Positions 52,648 to 62,106 of a stretch of 64,000 nucleotides of DNA are shown one piece after another. Within the stretch, counting starts at the first letter, position 1. The number at the start of each line of letters is the position of its first letter. Source of the stretch: Raillietiella orientalis. Taxonomy: Eukaryota. The notes below the pieces were generated by a model. The model searched no databases. It was not told the DNA's origin and was given only the letters and a program-made list of their open reading frames with translations. Both the position numbers and the translations under genes were made by a program. The stretch lies in assembly GCA_036172245.1 (NCBI GenBank), contig JAYWIR010000070.1, positions 372,001 to 436,000 of the forward strand. Direction: 5' to 3'.

Positions 52648-55600
52648 TGTCCACCTGGGTACTCCCGTGGCGTTTATTGTATAAAACTCTACAAGAAAAC
52701 GTGGTACAAGGCCCCACTAACGGCCACACAACACCGGACCTGCCGGGACGCCGGGACGCAGCCCAGCGTGACGCTCTTCGCCAGTGGAGGGGGATGGGGA
52801 TCAAAACAAAATTAAAAAATGAAAATAAAGGAAAACAAAAAGAGTTTGGAGGGAGGGGAAAGAATCACGTTCCACTTAGAGGAGGGTCCAACCCTCGCAG
52901 GATGCCCTCCAGGTCCATCTTCATGCTTCCCAGATGGGGCCATCTCGCTGCTCTCCGCATGAAGCAGACCGCATACGGGATGACATCCCTCACGTTGGCA
53001 TCCACTTCTTCGTCGCGAATGTCGCTCCATGCCGCCACGATGCCCCGGATATAGCAGAGGGCTGGGAGGGCTGCGGCAGGCTGCAGGGCGTCACGCACGA
53101 AGAGGGGCCGAAGAACGTCTCTGGGCGCTCTGCTTGTTGGGAGCCCGAAGGTCGTCCCGAACCGTTCCCACAGGGGACGGAGGGCAGCACAGTCAACTAG
53201 TAGGTGGGGAAGCGATTTGTGCTCTCCACACCTTGCACACTCAGGCCTTACACTCCCCCGCATCCAGTGGAAGCGGCGCGCGTTGCAGGGTAGACCCCAG
53301 TGCAACAGTAGCAGCCCCGACTCTTGCCACTTCAGGGGGAGAAGCCTGGATCCTATCAGATTGGGGGCCACTTGAGGTCATCCGTCGGGATGCCGAGCAG
53401 CTCGCCCCATCGACGAAGTCCACGAGGAAGGGTACTCGGGGTCGTGGCATCCGCCAGTTCTCCCATGGTCCAACCGCTCATCTTCTTCTCCTTGCCTGCA
53501 ATTCGGCAGGAGACTTGCCACTTTGGCTTGCGGCTGCTTGTTAAAGCCCTTCGGAGAAAGGGCAGGGTCGAAGCTAGAGGGGTGATCTCCGCCCACGTGC
53601 TCCTGGCGGGACACTCCAGAGTAGTCCGCAGTGTGCAGCGGGCGTTGGGGCCGAATCGCAGGCGGTTCCAGTCCGGGGAAGTCTGGAGGTTCAACTTGGC
53701 CCACGTCGCAACTGATTCCTCCAGCCAGGCGAAGAAGTTGGCGGGGCCGCATACCGTCCAGCCGTTGTTTCTGACCAGGGCTTCCATGCGCCCAAGAAAA
53801 GGCCACATCTTCTCACCTTCCTGCCGGAGCACAGGAGGTACGACGCGAGTCCTTGCGTCCTGGACACACGGCTGGCGAGGATTCGGGCCGGAATGCACCA
53901 AGGGGTGCTCCATGACTTTGCTGCGATGGCGAGGGTGCGCCATCGCAGCTGTATTTCCAGGCGCTTTAGCGTCAGGAGGCCGAGACCGCCGTCCCGACGA
54001 GGAGCGCATAAATCATCCAGAGGCACACGTGGCCTCCCGCTGCCCCAGAGGGCGATGCGGAGTATGTCTTTTGTCCTCTTTTTAATGTCACGGTGGACGG
54101 GGCACACAAAAAGCAGGGAACGGAGGATGGAAGCCGCGAAGGCGTTCCACACCGCGGCCCGTTCCGGCAGAAGGAACTTGCATTCCAGGAACGGGCCGAT
54201 TGCCAACTCTACCTTCTCGAGACGACCTGACCAGGCTTCTGCGAGGCAGAAGTCCCCCAACGGGACACCCAGGTACTTCAGGTACCTGGCCGTTGGGATC
54301 CCCAAGCGGATCCAGTCAGGCCGTCCGACCCACGTCGCACCCACCGGTACGACCGACGACTTCGCCTTGTTTACCCGCAGTCCAGTCCCACGACTTAGCA
54401 GATCGAAGAAATCCTCGACTGCGGCTTCCGAGGCGGACATGGGCAGCATGAGCAGAAGATCGACGGCGTATGCTGCAACGGCAAGCGTGCCGGGGCACGA
54501 GCTGGGCAGGGCAGCCAAAGTCACCCTGTACGCTCTCAGCACCAACTCAAAGTAGGTGCTGAAGAGCAGGGGACTGAGGCTATCGCCCTGCCGTATGCCC
54601 CGCCGCACCTGCACGCCGAACACCTGTTGGCTGGAAAAGACGATGTTGACAATGGCATTGCGCCAGCATGAGCGCAGGTAGGAGAGAACGGAGCTTGGGA
54701 AGCCCATGCGACCCTGGAGCTCCAACAGTAGCTCCAGGTCTACGCAGTCGAACGCCTTGTGGAGATCGACCGCGATCGCTAGGGCTCCCTTCCCAGCCCG
54801 GGTATCTATTCCCAGCCCACCTGGCGGTTCCAAAGTGGGGTTGCCAATCTTTCCCCCTGTGTCGTTCAGGCAGCGCTGCACATGGAACCATGTGCTCTCG
54901 AAGAACAGGTTGGCATCCATACTTCGCCCGGGAACAGCGTACGTCTGCTCCGGGCTAATTATGGAGTCTGCCACCTGTCCTAGACGCAAAGCCCACAGTC
55001 CAGCGATCAGCTTGGCGTCCGTATTCACGATTGTGATCGGACGCCAATTGCCCAAGAATCTCAGGTCTCCTCCCTTCGGGAGGAGCCTCACACGGGCTGA
55101 CCGAAACGAGGCGGGAACGTCGCCTTCGTCTCGGATCAGCCCGGTCAACTGAAGCACCAGGGGTGCCAGCTCTGCCGCGAAACATTGAAAGAATTCCGCA
55201 GGCAGGCCGTCTTACCCTGGCGCCTTTCGCCTCTTGAGCCTTTTAAAACCGGCGAGAATTTCACCGGTAGAAAAAGGCTCGTCGAGGCTGATCTTCTCCT
55301 CTTCCCCTATTGCCGGGGCTCCATCCGAAAGCAGGAGCCGCGAGGCGTTCCGCTCTGGGGGTGCCCTAGCGTAGAAAGAGGAGTAATAACGTCGCACGAG
55401 GTGCCTGATCGCGGGTGGTGCGGATCGCTCCCGGCCCTGGTCGTCCAGCAAGCTGGCCGACCCGGATTGCCAGGCTTGGCGTTCGGCCCCGGCTCGATAT
55501 TCCGCGAGGCGACGGACATTCGGGGTCCTCTCGTACCGGCGGGCCTGTAGATAAGCCCGATGGTTCCGAGCCCCCTCCCCGAATCCGGGGGGCAGGCGGT

Positions 55601-56282
55601 GCAGGGGAAACTCCTCGCAGAACTCGCGGAACGAGGCCTTGAAGAGGTCCCAGTCTTGGAGACTGCGGAGGGTGACACCTCTTAGGATTTCGCGAAGGTG
55701 TTCTTTCGCACCTGTGAGCTGCGTCCAGTCCCCAGGCAGCCGCCACGCCCTGGACGGGGGTCCTTTGTCGCGCGGGCAAACCTCGGCGATGATCCTGGAA
55801 TGGTTCGACAGCGTCGACGCAACTTTTCCCCGTTTGCAAACCCGCGAGCACAGGTCGACATCCAGGAAGAAGTGGTCGATGCTGCGGTCCATTCCCTCCG
55901 CGTCTGCCAACAAGTTGCGCGTGCGCATGGCAGCGCAAAACTCGTTGGCCGTGCGTTCTTGTGCTTCGGGCTCACCTGACAGCAGACGGAGATTGAAGTC
56001 TCCAGCTATCAGGTGTGCCTTCCGCACATTCGTGTCGGCCAGCCAATCGCGCTTCAAGGTTTCCAGCAGCCTGGTACGGTCGCTGTATCCCCCTTTTCCG
56101 CTCGGGGCGTACACGTTCGTGACGATCAATTCGATCGAGTCGGACCAGCTGAGAATCAGCTGACCGACCCTACCGTCGTTATCGAAGCGTACGCCCTTCA
56201 CGGCAGCGTCGATGGCCGGCTTGACGAAGAACGCGACCCAGCAGGTGTTGCGGGCGCCGCATCGCCAATACAGTCGACCCCC
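52648..56282 (-). mobile_element. Element G, 3' part: lineage I subfamily, ORF2 from GGRLYW to the 3' end
   Basis: Homologous to a1 ORF2 and 3'UTR; frameshifted. Confidence 0.93.
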
Positions 56283-56372
56283 TCCATTGTTCGGACGTGC
56301 ATTCTTGCGCTCCGTCTTTGGTGCTTCTTTGCGGTTGTTCCTTTTGGGTGCGGTGGGATTTTTCATTTGGAA

Positions 56373-58310
56373 ATGAAGCCAGTGCCCGCAGAAATGGAGG
56401 TGGAGGAATCCCCCTGCGCCGCAGGACCTTCTTCGGGAGGAGCGGAAGCCTCCACCGATCGTCCCTCGCCTCCAGCGAGAAGTTTTGCCGCCGTTGCTAA
56501 GGCAGCGGCGGCTCACGGAGCCCCACCCGACGAGGCAGAGCTGCGGGCGTACGCCGCGAGCGGCTACAACCCCCCTCTGGCCTACAAGGTCAGTGCCGCG
56601 TACCGGGATGGGACGGGCAACCAGCTCTGGAGCGAGCTAGAACGCGTAGGGGTCCGAGAGGACGATCTCCTGGCAATTATGCCAGTGAGCGCGGTAGGCC
56701 ATTGGGAGGTGCACTGCAAGGATGCAGCCCTCGTCCAGCGCCTACTGCGAACCCCCCTGAACATCAGGGGTAAGGAGGTCGTCCCCTCGGCCCTGGATCA
56801 ATCGTTCGTGGTCCAGCTCTCGGGAATTAGGCCGAGAATAACGGACCGCGACATCATTGTTGCACTCGAGGCGTTCGCCACAGTGCACGCGATGTGGAGG
56901 CGCGCGAACCCGATCGATAAAGTCCCGCGCCTCTCCTGCGGACTTGCGACGGCGCGCGTCACCATGGACGACCGGAGGCTCATGCCTTCGCAGATCCTCC
57001 TCGGTGACGTCGTCGTCTATCTCCGGTTTGCCGGGCAAACCCCCGCTTGCGGCAACTGCGGGAAGGAGGGCCACCGTCCGCGGAAGTGCCCAACACGCAG
57101 TTGCCGATACTGTAAGCTGCTCGGCCACTCGATTAACGAGTGCGCCGAGCTGAAACGAAAGAGGAGGGCGAGAAACCCCCCCGCAACATCGCCGTCCGCG
57201 CCGACTCCATCCGCCCCGTCGTCGGGGAAGAAATCAGGCGCGAACGAGCATTCTCAGCGGAGAAGTGAAAAGTCCGCTTGCGCGGGCGATTCTTGGAGCA
57301 ATGCTCCACAAAAACCCGCGCGAAAGGACAAGGAGCTCCTCCAGGCTGCTTCAGTAAAGCCCCGAGCGACCCAGCCCGCCGATAACATCGGGCAGGCTGC
57401 AAAAATAGCACCGCCGCTTCCGTCCGCTCTCGCTCCGGAGCGAAATAGCGGTGGCACGCCCGGGAAGACCACCGGAGCGTCGAAAAAGGGGTCGCGCGCC
57501 CCTTTGCCCGCGACAGGCAAGCCGGCCACGGCGGGCCGAACGCCAGCAAAGGCTGAAAAGCCTCGCGCGACACCCGAGAATCCCGCCACTGTGCCCGCAC
57601 CTCCCGGTAAGGAGGTGCAGAAGGCAGACGTGGCGAAGGAGACACTGGCCTCAGTCGCCGTATCCGAGGCCTTGGAAAGGATGCGAAGGACCCTGGAAGC
57701 CCTCGCGCCCAACCGGGGCAAACAGGAAGGCGGCGAGGATGGCTGGACCTTCGTCGGGGGAAAGAAGGAGCGCAAACCGCGCGATCCTTCCCACTTCCCG
57801 ATCCAAAAGGTAGGCGGGGTGAAGAGGCAACCCCGCGCGCCCAGAAAGGCGCAAGGACAAGCCTCTGCTGCCGCCGCGCGCGCCGCCGCAAACACCCGCG
57901 GCGAGAGGGGAGCTGCCGAAGCCGTGACCCCGAAAGGGGGATCGGCGACGAAGGCACCCTCGAAGAGTGCTGGACCAGCTCCGGGCTGCCAGCAAACAAA
58001 GAGGCAGGCGAAACGCCCGCCGCCGCGCGCGCGCAATTCGGACTCCGAGGTGGAGTCCGAGGGCAGCGCTAAGGCTCGCCAAGCCCCGGTCAAGGCCAGG
58101 GCTGCGCGCAAGCCAAAACTTGCCAGGCAAGAGCCTGATGCCGGGAACGGTTCCCGATGCTCCTCGGAGCCCGAGGCAATGGTCCTCGACTCGACCAAGC
58201 CGGCCGCGAGCGGCGCGGCGGGGACAGGAAGCGCTTGCGCTACCTCATCCGCCGTGCTCCCGGCTGATGCCTCGCCGGACGGGGCGAGGAACGCACCTCC
58301 ATGTCCGTAG
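56373..58310 (+). CDS. D2 ORF1 (645 aa) gag-like protein
   Basis: Open from ATG 56373; knuckles CGNCGKEGHRPRKC and CRYCKLLGHSINEC; long basic low-complexity tail. Confidence 0.9.
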   Translation: MKPVPAEMEVEESPCAAGPSSGGAEASTDRPSPPARSFAAVAKAAAAHGAPPDEAELRAYAASGYNPPLAYKVSAAYRDGTGNQLWSELERVGVREDDLLAIMPVSAVGHWEVHCKDAALVQRLLRTPLNIRGKEVVPSALDQSFVVQLSGIRPRITDRDIIVALEAFATVHAMWRRANPIDKVPRLSCGLATARVTMDDRRLMPSQILLGDVVVYLRFAGQTPACGNCGKEGHRPRKCPTRSCRYCKLLGHSINECAELKRKRRARNPPATSPSAPTPSAPSSGKKSGANEHSQRRSEKSACAGDSWSNAPQKPARKDKELLQAASVKPRATQPADNIGQAAKIAPPLPSALAPERNSGGTPGKTTGASKKGSRAPLPATGKPATAGRTPAKAEKPRATPENPATVPAPPGKEVQKADVAKETLASVAVSEALERMRRTLEALAPNRGKQEGGEDGWTFVGGKKERKPRDPSHFPIQKVGGVKRQPRAPRKAQGQASAAAARAAANTRGERGAAEAVTPKGGSATKAPSKSAGPAPGCQQTKRQAKRPPPRARNSDSEVESEGSAKARQAPVKARAARKPKLARQEPDAGNGSRCSSEPEAMVLDSTKPAASGAAGTGSACATSSAVLPADASPDGARNAPPCP

Positions 58311-58315
58311 CAGCA

Positions 58316-61300
58316 ATGCGCGGTCTCGCTTCTTCCCGTCGCGTCCGAGTGGCCTGTTGGAACGTCAACGGGCTGCAGGACAACGAGAAGAGGCGATTGG
58401 TTGCCAACGTCTTGCGCGACTTCGATCTGGCCCTGCTGCAGGAGATTCACGCACTCTCCGAGCAGCAAGCGGCCGATCTGCAAGTTCGCGCAGGCGGGAC
58501 GCTCCATTGGAGGTCAGGCTCCCAGAATACCTGCGGAGTCGCATTCCTTGTCCGGGGCAGGGTGGCGGGAGCGGTGCGGAGCGTTTGTTTCGACGAGGAA
58601 GGTCGTGTGGGCCAACTTGTTCTCAAGTGGTCCGAATCGATCAACCTTGTCGTCACGAACGTGTACGCGCCGAGCGGCTCCGCGCGTCACACCGAGAAAC
58701 TGGAGTTTTTCGAGAGACTGCGCGACCGCTGGCTCAGCAACTCCGGCCCCGACGTGGCTCACCTCGTAGCCGGGGACTTCAACGTCCACGCGCTATCGGA
58801 GGAGTCTCACCGTCGCCGGGAGAAACGGCTGGTGAACGAGGTGTGCGCGTCGGTGCACGCCTCGAATTTGCTGGCCGACGATCCCGGAATGCGTGCTTTG
58901 CCGGACCATGTGTTCCTCGACGATCACCTGCATTGCCGGGTGGGTCGAAGAGGTCCCGTGCCGTCCGAGCTTTCCGACCACTACAGGCTGGAGTTTGAGC
59001 TACTCCCGTCTGGCAAGGGCCCACCGACGAACGTCTGGAGGTTGCCGGCCGACTGGTTGAGAAATCCGGTGGCTGCGGAGCACCTCCGCCAGCATCTTCG
59101 GACCTTTGCCGTTCGAGAGCTCGTGGACTGGGACGATCTGAAAAGATCGGTCCGCGAGTTCTGCAGCCGGTTCCCCTTGCGCCTGCTTCACCGTGGCTTC
59201 GAAGAAGGCGTGGCCAACAGCAGAGAGTTTCTGCAGGCCCGCCAATTCTTCCGATGCCCGGACGTCCGGTACCTTGCGGAGTACAAGGCCAAGGCCGAGC
59301 GCCAGGTCTAGCAGTCAGGAGTAGCTTGTCTGCTCGACGACCAGGGCCTGGAGTGCTCGGGCGCGGCCGAAGTTCGCCGCCTCCTAAAGCGCTATTACTC
59401 CTTGTTGTACGCTAGGAAGCCGACGGAACGCAGTCTCTCGGAGCTGCTTCTGCCGGCGGATTCCCCGGCGGTCGACGAGGAGGAACGCGCCACTCTTGAC
59501 TTGCCCTTCACGGCGGAAGAAGTGTCTTCCGCCATAGCGGGCCTCAAGAAGCGCAAGGCGCCAGGTGAGGATGGTCTGCCTGCGGAGTTCTTCCAGTGCT
59601 TCGCGGCGGAACTCATCCCTTTGGTACTGAGGCTTTCTGCGCTGATGCGAGAGACGGGCAATGTCCCGGCCTCGTTTCGCTCAGCAAGGGTGCGTCTGTT
59701 GCCGAAAGGCGGAGACATGCGCCATTGAAGCAACTGGCGTCCCATCACCTTGGTGAATGCGGACGTCAAGTTGTTCTCCAGGCTGTGGGTCGCGCGCCTG
59801 GGCAGGATCGCTGGATCCGTGGTAAGTCCGGAGCAGTCTTACGCTGTTCCCGGGCGGTCCATGGAGGCGAACCTGTTCTTCGCGCGCACGTGGCTCGAAC
59901 TGCAACGCTGCGTGGCGCACGACAGCCAGGCAACCGCGTCTGCGGCTGCCGAGGCTAGGCGTAGCTGCATTCGGCCTGGGGAAGCGCCGGGTGCCTTGGC
60001 GGTCGCGGTCGATCTCCGCAAGGCGTTCGATTGCGTAAATCAGGATCTCCTGCTGGAGCTCCTGGAACGCCTCGGTCTCCCGGTGCACCTCGTGGCGTAT
60101 TTGCGCGCTTGCTGGCGCCACGCGCTCATTTCCATCTCTTTTAGCGGCTGCCACGTGTACGGCGTGCCGGTGCGGCGGGACATCAGGCAGGGCGACAGCT
60201 TAAGCCCGTTGCTCTTCAGCATCTTCTTTGAGTTGGTGCTGAGGGCGTACAGGCTGACGCTGGCCAACCTGCCGAGCTCTTGTCCAGGAACGCCGTCCGT
60301 GGCGGCCTATGCTGACGACCTGCTCCTCCTCTTACCCATGACCACCCCGGCATCCAGTCTCGAGGAGTTCTTCGAGCTGATTCGCCGGGGAGCGGGCATG
60401 AGCGTAAACCGGAGCAAGAGCGTGGTCGTACCTATTGGTGCGGCGTGGGAGGGGCAGTCCGACTGGATCCGCCTGGGGATCCCGACCGCTTCCTCCGTGC
60501 AATATCTGGGCGCTTCGCTGGGGAACATCAGCCCAATGGAAGTGTGGTCGGACTGCCTTCGGAAGGCTTCGAATGCCCTGAGCCCGTTCCACCATGGCAG
60601 GTTCGTCCTGCCGGAGCGGGCCACGATATGGAACACATTCGTTGCCCCTCTCTTGCGCCCCCAGCTTTTTGTTTGCCCGCCCCCCTACTCGGCCAAGCTC
60701 CAGGCGCACAGCCTGTTAAGGAACGCTCTTTGGGGACCTGCGAGGTCCAGGATCCGCCTCAAAGACTTGGCGGCTCCGCGTCGGGATGCTGGCTTAGGCA
60801 TCCTGACGCTGGAGAGAATCGAGCTGCAGGTGCAGCTTCGGATGTTGGCCCTGTGCGCCAACCTTTGGTCCACTCCGTGGTGCGCTCCCGCGCGCCTGCT
60901 TCTGCGGCGCTGCACAGGCAGCGATGGACTTCTGTCGCTGCGGCCGCACACGGAGCGCGCCACGAGAAGCTTCGGTTCCCCCTTGAAACCGCTGTATCGG
61001 CTCCTGGAAGCCCAGGGATGGATCTCCTGCCGCCCAACGAACTTTCAAGCCTGGCGGCAGGAACCGTTGCATGGCTGGGCAAAGCACCAGGATGTTTCCC
61101 TCCTGGAACTCCGTTGCGCTCACCTCTCCCCGTATTGCACGGTGGATGAGGTGTGCAACAGCCAGGAGAAGTGGACCCGCCTGGCCGTCACCCCCCTCGA
61201 AGACGCACTGTCAGCCCTCAGGGCAAGAGATGACAGTTGCGAACCGGCGAGATGGGAGGTCGCCTGCACCATCGCAGGAACAACGCGACCTATTGGCGGC

Positions 61301-61878
61301 TGGAAGACTTGCGAGCTGGCGGACGCCGCCACGCCTCGCCACGTTCCGAAGGGACTCCTTCGGTGGAGCGAACACTTAAGTGTGCCCCCCGAAGAACTTG
61401 TGGTCCCTCCCTCTTGTCTGAACACTTCTGTGTTCCCCCTTTCGTGGAAGCAGGATGTGATTATGCTGGTGCATTGGGGTTTTCACTCCAACCAGCGCAC
61501 GAACCTTGTTTCCGGGGGAGTCGTCTCCCCAAACTGTAAGCGGTGCGGGGAAGTGGAAACGCTCTCGCACCTGCTCCTGGACTGTGGTGCCCTTCTAGGA
61601 CTCTGGCGGAGGCTGGCCTCAGCTCTCCTGCACCAGGGGGACACCGCGAGGGAGTTGATGCGCCGCTTCTTCACGCCAGGCGGCCTGTCATTGGGTGCTG
61701 TCGTTGCAACCGTGTGTTGCACCCGCGCCATCGCAAGGCCCACCGAGAGTTGGAGAAGCTGGCCATCCTTCGTCAGCCCACCGGATTAGCCAGCGCAAAC
61801 ATGTCGTCGGCTGCCCAGTGGGCCCATCTGCCACAGGGCGTAAGGAGAGAGATCGCCGGCATCCATCGCCGGTTTTGA
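58316..61878 (+). pseudogene. D2 ORF2: APE-RT-CCHC with stops at 59311 and 59728 and a late frameshift
   Basis: WNVNGL, QEIH, GDFN, SDH, DLRKAFD, YADD, CKRCGEVETLSHLLLDC. Confidence 0.92.
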
Positions 61879-62106
61879 AAGGAAGGAACGGATTTACCAA
61901 AGACCCCTGTCCCCTGCCCTCCAGATTTTTCTTTTATTTTTTTATATAGTAGTGTGTTTGTGGTCCCTTCCCTCCCGTTCCGGACTTTCGGCATACCGAC
62001 CTGCGTGTCGGGGATCCCACCCCCTTCGTCTCTTGTTTTCCCCTTTGTCCGGGAACCCTGTTCCCGGATAGTTTATAATAAACGCCCCGGCGCACCCGGG
62101 TGACAA

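Larger units (their letters stand above)
56283..62106 (+). mobile_element. Element D2: full-length lineage III element with a perfect 13-bp TSD
   Basis: ACAGTCGACCCCC at 56270-56282 and 62107-62119. GGACGTG at 56293. G's APE reading frame rejoins when D2 is removed. Confidence 0.96.

Noticed and set aside
61985..62015. D 3'UTR ggcataccgacctgcgtgtcgg resembles host sequence near its target (ggcatccgcaacacctgcggggtcg), suggesting an internal guide
   Set aside because: The match is gapped and short, the segment is explained as a hairpin (ccgac/gtcgg), and I found no equivalent target match in the other 3'UTRs.
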